Assembly (NCBI RefSeq): GCF_001457615.1
Contig: NZ_LN831024.1
Location: 2,910,001-2,942,000 of the forward strand
Direction of reading: 5' to 3'
DNA length: 32,000 nt
DNA from: Pseudomonas aeruginosa
GTDB lineage: Bacteria; Pseudomonadota; Gammaproteobacteria; Pseudomonadales; Pseudomonadaceae
Part shown: positions 1-9,516 of the stretch, piece by piece
Position numbering within the stretch: the first letter of the stretch is position 1
Layout: each line of letters begins with the position of its first letter
Position numbers and translations under genes: made by a program
Notes under the pieces: model-generated
What the model saw: only the letters and a program-made list of their open reading frames with translations
Told to the model about the DNA's origin: nothing
Database searches by the model: none

Positions 1-2055
1 AGTTGGCGATGTACTTCGAGGCACCGACCACCTGGTGCCCGCTGAGGTCGCAGGACGCCGGGGCGCCGGCCTGGAAGGCCACCTCGGGGGCGCACGGGGC
101 GTTCTTGTAGGACAGGTAGCGAACGTCGTTGTAGGACGCATTGAAATTCAGGGTCAGGCCGCGGATCGGCAGGGCCGTCGCTTCGAACTCCAGGCCGCGC
201 GAGCGCACATCGCCGGCATTGGTCAGGTACTGGGTGCGGTTGGCCTCGTCGTAGGCATTGGCCTGGTAGCCGTGGACCACGGTCCAGAACAGGTTGCCGT
301 TGAGGATCAGGCGGTTGTCGAGGAGGGTGGTCTTCAACCCCAGCTCGGCATCGTTGGCGCGCTCGGTGCCAATCAGCAGCGAGTCGGCACCGGCGCTGGG
401 AGCGCTGGCCACGGTCAGGTTGACGCCGCCGGATTTCTCGCCGTGGGACAGCGAGGCGTAGCCCAGAACCTGGTCGCTGAAGCGGTAGCTGAGGCTGAGC
501 AGAGCGGACGGACTGACGCTGTGCAGGCCGATGTCGCCGCTGTCGTAGGCGCCGACCCTGCCGTTGCGCGCGGCCGCCGCCGCGCCGCTCACCGCGGCGC
601 CGCCGAGCGGGGCGTAGCGTTCGACCCAGGCGGACTTTTCCTCGTAGGTGCCGCGCACGCCGGCGGTGAGGTCCAGGCGCTCGGTTAGGTGCCAGGTGCC
701 CTGGGCGAACAGCGCGTAGCTGTCGGTGTCGATGTGCCCGCGACCGCGGGTGCTGACGTCGCTCAGGGCGCCGGCGGGGGTTCCGTTCCAGATGTCTGCC
801 CTGGGCCCGTAGTCGGTGAAGGACTTGTTGTCGAGGTCCTGGCCGAAGTAGTAGGCGCCGAGCACGTAGTCGAAGAAGCCGCCGCTGGGCGAAGCCAGGC
901 GGATTTCCTGCGACCACTGCTTGTCGCGCACCGAGACTCCGGCGTTATAGGCCGCCGGTACGTCCAGGCCGTCGTCGTTGCGCGGCGTGAAATCCCACCA
1001 GCGGTAGGCGCTGATGGAAGTGAGGGTGAAGTCGTTGGCCAGCTTCCAGTTGGCTTCCACCGAGGTTCCGCCCTGGAACACCGTGACCTGCTGGTCCGAG
1101 TCGAAGTTGACCTTGCGCCGATGGCCATCCACCAGCGTCGCGCCGGCCGCGGCGGCGCGCTGTTCGTAGCGGTTCACGCCGTTCACCGTGGGGCCGCTGC
1201 TGAACAGGGTAAGGACACCATTGTCGGAGTCTTCCTCGTTGTAGTCGCCGATCCAGCGCAGGCTGAAGTCGTCGTTCGGCTTGAACAGCAACTGCCCGCG
1301 GAAACCCTGGCGTGCGCCGCCGTTGAGGGTGTTGCCGTCGTGGAGGTTCTTCACGTAGCCGTCGTCGCGGGTGCGGTAGGCCGACAGGCGCCCGGCGAGG
1401 GTCTCGCCGAGCGGTCCGGAAATCGTGCCCCTGGCCTGGAAGTAGCCGTCCTCGCCGCCGGATATCTCAACGCTGCGCTCCGGAGTGAAGCTCGGCGCAC
1501 GGGTGCCGATGTTGATCACCCCGGCCGTGGTGTTCTTGCCGAACAGGGTGCCCTGCGGGCCGCGCAAGACCTCCAGCTGCTCGATGTCGAGAAGGTCGAA
1601 CGAGGCCATGCCGGGGCGGCCGAGGTAGACGTTGTCGAGGTACAGCCCGACGCTGCCTTCCAGGCCGTCGCTGGCCGGGTTGTTGCCGAGGCCGCGGATC
1701 GACACGCTGGACTGGCGCGCGTGGACGTAGGCGACGTTGGTGCTCGGCACCAGTTGCTGCAGGTCCTGCACCCGGTAGATGCGCTGGCTCTCCAGGGTTT
1801 CGCCGCCGAGCACGCTCATCGCGGTGGGCACATCCTGGGAGTTTTCCACCCGTCGCCGCGAGGTCACCGTGACGGTCTGCAGGGTGGTGGCCGGCTGCGC
1901 CTGGCGCGCCTCTTCGGTGCCCGCGGGGGTGTCGTCGGCGCCGGCCAGTTGCGCCCCTCCGGCGCAGGCCAGGCAGATCGACAGGGGCAGCAGGCGACGG
2001 CGGAACGGTGCGCTGCGGGACGACGGGATGGAGCGGTACGCGGGTCGGCGATTCA
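1..2055 (-). CDS. TonB-dependent outer-membrane receptor (C-terminal end runs off the window at position 1)
   Basis: This gene is absent from the ORF track because no stop codon lies inside the window. My reverse-complement translation from the ATG at 2055..2053 gives MNRRPAYRSIPSSRSAPFRRRLLPLSICLACAGGAQLAGADD (signal peptide). Plug-domain-type motifs follow: QTVTVTSRRRVENSQDVPTAMSVL and IEQLEVLRGPQGTLFGKNTTAGVINIG. The frame stays open for 685 codons down to position 1. The + strand ORFs 35..688 and 689..2398 are antisense shadows. Confidence 0.9.
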
Positions 2056-2086
2056 TGTGTGGGTCCTGGATGAAGGGGTGACTGCT

Positions 2087-2132
2087 AATTCCGTATGGTT
2101 ATTTATTTATGTTTTATATTGCTTTTACGGAA
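2087..2132. promoter_or_regulatory. 8-bp perfect inverted repeat (ATTCCGTA ... TACGGAAT) bracketing a 30-nt AT-rich core in the divergent receptor/LysR promoter region
   Basis: ATTCCGTA at 2087-2094 and TACGGAAT at 2125-2132 were read directly. The spacer is ggttatttatttatgttttatattgctttt. The element lies between two divergent start codons (2055 on the minus strand, 2206 on the plus strand). The binding factor is unknown. Confidence 0.3.
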
Positions 2133-2205
2133 TAAGAGATTGCCTTTATAAAAAGCCCACGCCGTCCCCGGCAATTGCATTCGCCCGATATTTTCCATGT
2201 AGAAA

Positions 2206-3117
2206 ATGCATATCGATCTCCGCCAGCTCCGCCACTTCATCGCCCTTCACGAGCACCGCAGCTTCGTCGCCGCGGCGCTGGCGGTTAACCTTTCGCAATC
2301 GGCCTTCAGCCGCAGCATCCAGGCGCTCGAACACAGCGCTGGCTGCCGCCTGGTGGACCGCGCGGCCAAGGACCTGCGTCCGACCAAGCAGGGCCTGATC
2401 GTCCTCGAACATGCGCGCCGGCTGGTCAGCGGCGCGCACAACCTGGCCAACGAGATCGCCCTGTTCAACGGCCTGGAGGCCGGCGAACTGCGCTTCGGCG
2501 CCGGACCGGCTCCCGCCACCTGGCTGGTGCCGCGTGCGGTGGGGCGCTTCAACGTGCGTTATCCGAAGGCGCGGGTGAGTTTCCAGGTCGAACACTGGCA
2601 GGCGCTGAACCGCCGCCTGCAGGCCGAGGAGTTCGAGTTCTTCGTCGCCGACACCCGGCATTTCGAGGCCGACCCGCAATACCGGACCTCGCGCCTGCGT
2701 CCCCGGCGCTGGCATTTCTGCTGCCGCGAGGGGCATCCGCTGGCCGCTCGCGAGAGCGTTTCCGCCGAGGAGCTGTTGAGCTTCCCGCTGGCGACCAACA
2801 TCAGCCCGCCGAACATCCGCAAGGTGCTGGTGGACCTCAGCGGGCGTCCCGACTTCCGCCCGGCCATCGAGTGCGAGAACGGCCATAGCCTGCTCGGCGT
2901 GGTTCTCGCCTCGGATGCCATCGGCATCAGCAGCGGCCTCGGCGACCTGGCGCCGCCGGGACAGGGAGGCCTGCGTCCGCTGCGGGTGCGCGAGCTGCCC
3001 GACGACCTCGACGAACTGCATACCCGCTACGGCATCGTCAGCCGCGCCGGCTACAGCCTGTCGCCGCTGGCGGAGGCGATGATCGACGAGCTGAAGCGGG
3101 TCGACGACGCCACCTGA
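2206..3117 (+). CDS. LysR-family transcriptional regulator
   Basis: 303-aa ORF. The N-terminus MHIDLRQLRHFIALHEHRSFVAAALAVNLSQSAFSRSIQALE is a typical LTTR winged-HTH. The gene is divergent from the receptor gene and sits upstream of the sulfatase. Confidence 0.9.
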   Translation: MHIDLRQLRHFIALHEHRSFVAAALAVNLSQSAFSRSIQALEHSAGCRLVDRAAKDLRPTKQGLIVLEHARRLVSGAHNLANEIALFNGLEAGELRFGAGPAPATWLVPRAVGRFNVRYPKARVSFQVEHWQALNRRLQAEEFEFFVADTRHFEADPQYRTSRLRPRRWHFCCREGHPLAARESVSAEELLSFPLATNISPPNIRKVLVDLSGRPDFRPAIECENGHSLLGVVLASDAIGISSGLGDLAPPGQGGLRPLRVRELPDDLDELHTRYGIVSRAGYSLSPLAEAMIDELKRVDDAT

Positions 3118-3213
3118 ATTGCGTCGCACGCATGCCAACTATGTTCCGAATGCGCTTGCCGCCGGACGCGGCGGACCGCGAAATGAAGCGTCGTTTCCTT
3201 TTCGCGAGCCGTC

Positions 3214-4830
3214 ATGAGCCAGCCCAAGCCGATCCGCAACGTCCTCTACATCATGTGCGACCAACTGCGTCGCGATTACCTGTCCTGCTACGGCCATCCC
3301 TATCTGCACACGCCGAACATCGACCGCCTGGCCGCGGAGGGCGTGCGCTTCGCCCGTGCCTATACCCAGGGCACCATCTGCGGGCCGTCGCGGATGTCCT
3401 CGTACACCGGGCGCTACGTCAGCAGCCACCAGGTGGCCTGGAACGCGGTGCCGCTGCCGCTGGAGGAGCTGACCCTGGGCGACTACCTGCGCGCCGCGGG
3501 AGTCCGCACCGCGCTGGTCGGCAAGACCCACGCCACGGCCAACCTGGAAGGCATGCGGCGGCTCGGCATCGATCCGGCCAGCGCGCGCGGCGCGGCCCTC
3601 GCCGAAGCCGGCTTCGAGCCCTACGACCGCAATGACGGGGTCTACCCGGATGACCCGGCCTTCGCCGACAAGCGCGAAAGCGCGCCCTACACCCACTACC
3701 TGCGGCGCCTCGGCTTCACCGGCGACAACCCCTGGCACGACTGGGCCAACGCCGCCGCCGGCGCCGACGGGGAAATCCTCAGCGGCTGGCGGATGCGCCA
3801 TGCCGGATTGCCGACACGCTTGCCGGAGGCGCACAGCGAGACCGCCTATACCACCCGTCGCGCCATGGATTTCATCGACGAGCAGGGCGAGCGTCCCTGG
3901 TGCCTGCACCTGTCCTACATCAAGCCGCACTGGCCCTACATCGCGCCGGCGCCGTACCACGCGCTGTACCGCGCCGACCAGGTGCTCCCGGCGCTACGCG
4001 CGGCGCCCGGCGAAGAAAGCGACCACCCGGTGTACCGCGCCTTCCGCGAACATCGCGAGAGCCTCAATTTCTCCCGCGAAGACGTGCGCCGGCAGGTGAT
4101 ACCTACCTACATGGGGCTGATCCGCCAGGTCGACGACCAGCTCGGCCGGCTCTTCCAGCACATGCGCGCCAGCGGGCGCTGGGACGATACCCTGATCGTC
4201 TTCACCAGTGACCATGGCGATTTCCTCGGCGACCACGGCCTGGGCGAGAAGGAGTTCCTCCTCGAGTCGGCGGTGGGCGTGCCGTTGCTGATCCGCGATC
4301 CGCGCCCCGAGGCGGACGCCACCCGCGGCCGGGTGGAGGAGGCGCTGGTGCAGTCCATCGACGTACTGCCGAGCATCCTCGAAGCCTTCGCCGTCGAGCC
4401 CGCCAGCCATCGCATCGAGGGCCGTTCGCTGCTGCCCTTCGTCCATGGCGCGCCGCCGGCGGACTGGCGCCGCTACGCCATCGCCGAGTACGACTACGCC
4501 TTCCAGGCGCCGGCGCGGGAGCGCCTGGGCCGACCCATCGATGCTTGCCGCATGTACATGGTGCGCAGCGAGCGCTGGAAGTACATCGCCTACGACGGCT
4601 TCCGCGCCCAACTGTTCGACCTTGCCAGCGACGCCGGCGAATTGCGCGACCTCGGCGCCGACCCGGCGCATGCGGCGGTGCGCGAGGCCCATGCCGGGAT
4701 GCTGTTCGACTGGCTGCGCGGGCTGAAGCGGCGGACTACCATCAGCAACGCGGAGATCGACCTGCGCGGCCAGGCGTTCCGCTACGGCGAGCCGGAAGGC
4801 GGGCGCCTGGTACCGATCGGTCTCTGGTGA
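3214..4830 (+). CDS. Sulfatase (formylglycine-type arylsulfatase/choline-sulfatase family)
   Basis: 538-aa ORF. The N-terminal region is NVLYIMCDQLRRDYLSCYGHP. The sulfatase signature C-x-P-S-R appears as TICGPSRMSSYTGR. A later FTSDHGD motif is typical of the family. Confidence 0.9.
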   Translation: MSQPKPIRNVLYIMCDQLRRDYLSCYGHPYLHTPNIDRLAAEGVRFARAYTQGTICGPSRMSSYTGRYVSSHQVAWNAVPLPLEELTLGDYLRAAGVRTALVGKTHATANLEGMRRLGIDPASARGAALAEAGFEPYDRNDGVYPDDPAFADKRESAPYTHYLRRLGFTGDNPWHDWANAAAGADGEILSGWRMRHAGLPTRLPEAHSETAYTTRRAMDFIDEQGERPWCLHLSYIKPHWPYIAPAPYHALYRADQVLPALRAAPGEESDHPVYRAFREHRESLNFSREDVRRQVIPTYMGLIRQVDDQLGRLFQHMRASGRWDDTLIVFTSDHGDFLGDHGLGEKEFLLESAVGVPLLIRDPRPEADATRGRVEEALVQSIDVLPSILEAFAVEPASHRIEGRSLLPFVHGAPPADWRRYAIAEYDYAFQAPARERLGRPIDACRMYMVRSERWKYIAYDGFRAQLFDLASDAGELRDLGADPAHAAVREAHAGMLFDWLRGLKRRTTISNAEIDLRGQAFRYGEPEGGRLVPIGLW

Positions 4831-5736
4831 TCAGCGGCTGGCCTTGCGATAGGCCCCCGGCTGCTGCCCGGTGGCCTTGTGGAAGGCACGGGTGAAGGCG
4901 GCGGTGGACTGGTAGCCGACCGCCGCCGCGACCTCGGCGACGCTGGCGTCGGCGCGCAGCAGGGCGCAGGCGCGGTGCATGCGCAGGGCCAGCAGGACCT
5001 GCCCCGGCGACTGACCGCTGAGTTCGTTGAAGCGCTTGAAGAAGGCCGAGCGCGAGAGTCCGGTGCGTTCGGCCATCTGTTCCAGGCTCCAGGGCTGTTC
5101 GGGTGCCTCGATCAGCGCTTCCAGCAGGCCGGCGAACTGCGGCTGGCGTGCCAGTGCCACCAGGCCGCCGAGGGTCGGGTTGTCGAGCACCTGCTGGCGC
5201 AACACGTAGAGGAACAGCAGGTGGCTGAGGCGCTCCAGCAGAACCGGCGACGGCGCCGGCTGGCGGCGGCACTCGTCGACGATCAGGGCGAACAGGCGTC
5301 GCGCCGCGTCCAGCGCCGGATCGCCGGCGCGCAGGATCAGCCAGTCGGGCAGGGCGTCGACGATCAGCCCGGACAATCCCGAATGGAAGTGGAAGAACCC
5401 GCAGACCAGGCCGGCACCGTCCGCCGCGTTCCACTCCAGCGCCTGCATTTCGCCACGCGGCTGGCAGCGCGCGGCCTCGGCGGTGGCCTCGCTGGACAGG
5501 CGGAACTCGACGTCGCGCAGGAAGAACAGCGCGTCGCCGCTGTCCAGTCGCCAGCCCCGGGCGCTTCCGGCGACGTGCGCCCAGCAGTGTCCCTGCACCA
5601 CCAGGTGGAAGCTGGCACGCGCCAGACCGTGGGTGGAGGCATGCCAGCCGCCGCAGTAGCGACCGACATGGAACAGGCTGGTGTCGACTTCGAGGCTGTC
5701 TAATAACCAATCGACAAGGGGGTTGGACGAATTCAT
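4831..5736 (-). CDS. AraC-family transcriptional regulator (cupin-like N-terminal domain plus C-terminal HTH)
   Basis: 301-aa ORF. The C-terminus WSLEQMAERTGLSRSAFFKRFNELSGQSPGQVLLALRMHRACALLR...VAAAVGYQSTAAFTRAFHKATGQQPGAYRK is a classic AraC double HTH. Its stop codon directly abuts the sulfatase stop (4830/4831). Confidence 0.85.
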   Translation of the reverse strand: MNSSNPLVDWLLDSLEVDTSLFHVGRYCGGWHASTHGLARASFHLVVQGHCWAHVAGSARGWRLDSGDALFFLRDVEFRLSSEATAEAARCQPRGEMQALEWNAADGAGLVCGFFHFHSGLSGLIVDALPDWLILRAGDPALDAARRLFALIVDECRRQPAPSPVLLERLSHLLFLYVLRQQVLDNPTLGGLVALARQPQFAGLLEALIEAPEQPWSLEQMAERTGLSRSAFFKRFNELSGQSPGQVLLALRMHRACALLRADASVAEVAAAVGYQSTAAFTRAFHKATGQQPGAYRKASR

Positions 5737-5840
5737 CTAAGGGAAAGACTCAAGAGCAAGTGATAGCGACTTTAGAATATTGAATGGATTTCTTATTACC
5801 AAGAGACTTCTTCGACACCTCAACCACCGGAGTCGAAAGC

Positions 5841-6401
5841 ATGTCACGCGTTCCCGTGCTCACCCTGGAAAACGCCCCCGAGGCGGCGCGTCCATTCCTC
5901 CAGACCGCGCTGAACAACTCGGGTTATATCCCGAATCTGCTCGGCGTGCTGGCCAATGCGCCGGCCGCCCTGGAAACCTACCTCACCGTGTCCGGGCTGA
6001 ACGCCAAGGCCAGCCTCGGCCTGCCCGAGCGGGAAGTGGTGCAACTGGTGGCGGCCACCACCCATGGCTGCGACTTCTGCGTTGCCGGGCACACCGCGGT
6101 GGCGCGCAACAAGGCGCGCCTGCCGGAGCCGGTGATCGAGGCCCTGCGCGCCCGCGGCGAACTGCCCGATGCCCGCTACGAAGCCCTGGCCGACTTCACC
6201 CGCGCGGTGATCGCCAGCCGCGGTGCGGTCACCGACGAGCAGTTCGAAGCCTTCCGCGCCGCCGGTTTCGACCAGGCCCAGGCCCTGGAAGTGATCCTCG
6301 GGGTGAGCCTGGCGACGCTCTGCAACTTCGCCAACGTGTTCGCCCGCACGCCGCTCAATGCCGAGCTGGAGCAATATCGCTGGACCAACCCGCAGGCCTG
6401 A
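5841..6401 (+). CDS. AhpD-like / carboxymuconolactone-decarboxylase-family protein with a CxxC motif
   Basis: The motif THGCDFCVAGH fits the CxxCxxxH pattern of AhpD-like alkylhydroperoxidases. I prefer the ATG at 5841 (MSRVPVLTLENAPE...) because GGAG at 5829-5832 sits 8 nt upstream of it. The ORF track starts the same frame at 5784. Confidence 0.8.
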   Translation: MSRVPVLTLENAPEAARPFLQTALNNSGYIPNLLGVLANAPAALETYLTVSGLNAKASLGLPEREVVQLVAATTHGCDFCVAGHTAVARNKARLPEPVIEALRARGELPDARYEALADFTRAVIASRGAVTDEQFEAFRAAGFDQAQALEVILGVSLATLCNFANVFARTPLNAELEQYRWTNPQA

Positions 6402-6450
6402 GCCTGCGCTTGCCGGGCGGCATGCCGCGCCGGCGCAAGGAGTGACGACC

Positions 6451-7518
6451 ATGCTTGACCCGACCCTGAGCGACTGGCTCGACCGCCAGGCCGACGCCCT
6501 CGACCGCGGCGACGCCGATCCCGCCGCGCTGCTGCCGCGCCTGGCCGCCGCCGGCGTGCTCGGCGTGGCGGTGGAGGAACGCCTCGGCGGCGCCGGCGGC
6601 ACGCTCGCCGACGCGGTGGAGCGGGTGGCCGCAGTGGCGGCGCGCTCGCTGACCGCGGCGTTCGTCTTCTGGGGCCAGCGCGCCTTCATCGAGTACCTGT
6701 TGCAGAGTCCCAACCAGGAACTGCGCCAACGCCTGCTCGGCGACCTGCTGGCCGGCCGCCTGGCCGGCGCCACCGGGTTGTCCAACGCGATGAAGTTCCT
6801 TTCCGGGATCGAGGCGCTGCAGGTGGTGGCGCACGCGGAGGAGGCCGGCTGGCGCCTGGACGGTCGCCTGCCGTGGGTGACCAACCTGCGCAGCGGCGAT
6901 TTCGTGGTGGCGGCGGCGATCGAACACGGGGAGGGCGGCAAGCCCTTCGTCCTGGCGATTCCCGAAGGCCTCGCCGGCTTGCAGCGCTCGGCGGACCTGC
7001 GCCTGCTCGGCCTGCAATGCAGCAACACCGCCGCCCTCGATCTGCGCGCGGTGGCGGTCGGGCGCGACTGGCTGTTGCACGACGACGCCCGGCAGTTCCT
7101 GCCACGGGTGCGCCCGGCCTTCCTCGGCCTGCAATGCGGCATGGCCATCGGCCTGGCGCGCCGCGCACTGGACGAAGTGCAGCGGCACCTGGGCGGCAGC
7201 CGTTCGCTCCTGGATGGCGAGCTGGCGGCACAGCGCGAAACCCTCGACGGACACGTGGCGGCGCTGCACGCCGGACTGGCCAGCGGCGAGTTCGCCAGCC
7301 AGCCGGCACGCCTGTTCCGCATCCGCATCGGGCTCGCCGAAGCCGCCGCCAATGCCGTGCAACTGGAGTTGCAGGCCAGCGGCGGCAAGGCCTACCTGAG
7401 CGAGCACGGCGCCGGTTTCGCCCGCCGCTGGCGCGAGTCGGCGTTCGTCCCGATCGTTACGCCGAGCCTGGTGCAACTGCGCGCCGAACTGCAACGCCAG
7501 GCCGAGGCCAAGGCATGA
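6451..7518 (+). CDS. Acyl-CoA-dehydrogenase-like flavoprotein (short, about 355 aa)
   Basis: The frame of ORF 6358..7518 is used. I prefer the ATG at 6451 (MLDPTLSDWLDRQADALD...), which follows AAGGAG at about 6438-6443. The overall sequence looks ACAD-like (GVLGVAVEERLGGAGG..., WVTNL...). The stop overlaps the next start as ATGA at 7515-7518. Confidence 0.7.
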   Translation: MLDPTLSDWLDRQADALDRGDADPAALLPRLAAAGVLGVAVEERLGGAGGTLADAVERVAAVAARSLTAAFVFWGQRAFIEYLLQSPNQELRQRLLGDLLAGRLAGATGLSNAMKFLSGIEALQVVAHAEEAGWRLDGRLPWVTNLRSGDFVVAAAIEHGEGGKPFVLAIPEGLAGLQRSADLRLLGLQCSNTAALDLRAVAVGRDWLLHDDARQFLPRVRPAFLGLQCGMAIGLARRALDEVQRHLGGSRSLLDGELAAQRETLDGHVAALHAGLASGEFASQPARLFRIRIGLAEAAANAVQLELQASGGKAYLSEHGAGFARRWRESAFVPIVTPSLVQLRAELQRQAEAKA

Positions 7519-8351
7519 GCGAGGCGCTCCTCGACGCTCGCGGGATCGCCCTCGGCTATCCGCGCGGTGCCGGCTGGCAGGCGGTGCTCGGCGATTTCGA
7601 ATTGCGCCTGGGCGCCGGCGAGGTGGTCTCGATCCTCGGTCCCAGCGGCGTCGGCAAGTCCAGCCTGCTGCGCGTGCTGGCCGGCCTGCAGGAGCCGGCC
7701 GCCGGCAGCGTGCGGGTACTCGGCGAGCCCCTGCGCGGACCGCATCCGGGCGTCGCGGTGGCGTTCCAGGACCCCAGCCTGCTGCCCTGGCTGAACCTGG
7801 AGAAGAACGTCGCCTTCGGCCTCGATTTCGCCCGCCAGCCGCACCTCGACGCGGCCACCCGCCAGGCCCGCGTCGACCAGGCGATCGCCGCGGTCGGCCT
7901 GGAGCACGCCCGTGCCCGCTACCCGGCGCAACTCTCCGGCGGCATGGCCCAGCGCACCGCGCTGGCCCGCTGCCTGGCGCGGCAGCCGAAGGTGCTGCTG
8001 CTCGACGAACCTTTCGGCGCGCTGGACGAAGTGACCCGCGCCGACATGCAGCAGCTGCTGCTGCGGGCGATCCACGAGCGCGGCACCGCCGTGGTCCTGA
8101 TCACCCACGATATCGACGAGGCCCTGCTGCTCTCCGAACGCATCCTGCTACTGGGTGACAGCCCGGCGCGGACCCTCGGCGAGTGGCGCATCGACCTGCC
8201 GCAGCCACGCGCGGAGCTGGTCGAGGAACTGGGCGCGTTGCGCATCGAGATCCTGAAAACCCTACGGCGGGCGAGCCGCACCCATGCCCATCCCATCGCT
8301 CAGCCGGAGGCCTCCCATGTGCCTGGACGACCCGACCCATTCCCGACGTGA
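7515..8351 (+). CDS. ABC transporter ATP-binding protein (NitT/TauT, SsuB-like family)
   Basis: The sequence starts MSEALLDARGIALGY. It carries Walker A GPSGVGKSS, the ABC signature LSGGMAQR and Walker B VLLLDEPFGALD. The start overlaps the upstream stop (ATGA). The ORF-track version from 6873 is an upstream extension inside the previous gene. Confidence 0.9.
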   Translation: MSEALLDARGIALGYPRGAGWQAVLGDFELRLGAGEVVSILGPSGVGKSSLLRVLAGLQEPAAGSVRVLGEPLRGPHPGVAVAFQDPSLLPWLNLEKNVAFGLDFARQPHLDAATRQARVDQAIAAVGLEHARARYPAQLSGGMAQRTALARCLARQPKVLLLDEPFGALDEVTRADMQQLLLRAIHERGTAVVLITHDIDEALLLSERILLLGDSPARTLGEWRIDLPQPRAELVEELGALRIEILKTLRRASRTHAHPIAQPEASHVPGRPDPFPT

Positions 8352-9516
8352 CATCCTCAAGCTCGCCGCGCTGCTCAGCGCTGCCGGCGCGTTGCCGCTG
8401 CTGAGCAGCCTGCAGGCGCGTGCCGCCGCCGAACCCGACGCGCCGGTGCGCATCGGCTACCTGCCGATCACCGACGCCACGCCCTTGCTGGTGGCCCATG
8501 CCAACGGCCTGTTCGAGGCCGAGGGCATCCAGGCCGAACGGCCGGTGCTGTTGCGTAGCTGGGCGCAGGTGATCGAGGCGTTCATCTCCGGCCAGGTCAA
8601 CGTCATCCACCTGCTGTCGCCGATGACCGTCTGGGCCCGCTACGGCAGCAAGGTGCCGGCCAAGGTGGTGGCCTGGAACCACGTCGGCGGCTCGGGGCTC
8701 ACGGTGGCTCCGGAGATCGCCGACGTGCGCCAGCTCGGCGGCAAGAGCGTGGCGATCCCGTTCTGGTACTCGATCCACAACGTGGTGTTGCAGCAATTGC
8801 TGCGCGACAACGGCCTGCGCGCGGTGAGCCGTGCGGTGGGCGCGGCGCTGGCCGCCGACGAGGTCAACCTGGTGGTGCTGCCGCCTTCGGACATGCCACC
8901 GGCGCTGGCCAGCAAGCGCATCCACGGCTACATCGTCGCCGAGCCGTTCAACGCCCTGGCGGAGAACCTCAAGGTCGGCCGGGTACAGCGCTTCACCGGC
9001 GATGTCTGGCGCAACCACGCCTGCTGCGTGGTGTTCATGCACGAACACGACCTGGAGCGGCGGCCGCAGTGGTCGCAAAAGGTGGTCAACGCCATCGTCA
9101 AGGCCCAGCTATGGACTCGCGAGCACCGCGCCGAGGCCGCACAGTTGCTGTCCAAGGCCGGAGCCAACCGCTATACGCCGCACGCACCGGAGGTCCTCGG
9201 CCGGGTGCTGGCGCCGGGCGCCGAGGAGCAGCAGGCCTATCTCGCCAGCGGCGCGATCCGCCACGCCGACTGGCAGGAGCGGCGCATCGACTTCCAGCCC
9301 TATCCCTATCCGAGCTATACCGAGGAACTGGTGCGGCGGCTGAAGGACACCCTGATCGAAGGCAATAATGCCTTCCTCGCCAGCCTCGATCCGCGCCAGG
9401 TGGCCAGTGACCTGGTGGACGACCGCTTCGTCCGCCAGGCCCTGGCAGAGGTCGGCGGGTTGCAGGCGTTCGGCCTCGCCGAGGGCTTCCAGCGCAGCGA
9501 GGAGATCAGCCCGTGA
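8317..9516 (+). CDS. Periplasmic substrate-binding protein, NrtA/SsuA/CpmA (NMT1-like) family, with a twin-arginine signal
   Basis: The ATG at 8317 follows GGAGG at 8306-8310. The N-terminus MCLDDPTHSRRDILKLAALLSAAGALPLLSSLQARAAAE contains a Tat-type SRRxxLK motif, a hydrophobic core and an AxA cleavage site. It is followed by RIGYLPITDATPLLVAHANGLFEAEGI, which is typical of NrtA-like binding proteins. The gene overlaps the ATPase gene by 35 nt. Confidence 0.85.
   Translation: MCLDDPTHSRRDILKLAALLSAAGALPLLSSLQARAAAEPDAPVRIGYLPITDATPLLVAHANGLFEAEGIQAERPVLLRSWAQVIEAFISGQVNVIHLLSPMTVWARYGSKVPAKVVAWNHVGGSGLTVAPEIADVRQLGGKSVAIPFWYSIHNVVLQQLLRDNGLRAVSRAVGAALAADEVNLVVLPPSDMPPALASKRIHGYIVAEPFNALAENLKVGRVQRFTGDVWRNHACCVVFMHEHDLERRPQWSQKVVNAIVKAQLWTREHRAEAAQLLSKAGANRYTPHAPEVLGRVLAPGAEEQQAYLASGAIRHADWQERRIDFQPYPYPSYTEELVRRLKDTLIEGNNAFLASLDPRQVASDLVDDRFVRQALAEVGGLQAFGLAEGFQRSEEISP

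Noticed and set aside
2056-2205. A Fur box upstream of the TonB-dependent receptor.
   Set aside because: The region is AT-rich, but I could not align a convincing GATAATGATAATCATTATC-like 19-mer, so no call was made.
35-2398. The + strand ORFs 35..688 and 689..2398 (217 and 569 aa).
   Set aside because: They are Ala/Gly/Val/Arg-rich antisense shadows of the minus-strand TonB-dependent receptor gene, whose translation carries clear family motifs. The second one also runs through the AT-rich promoter region.
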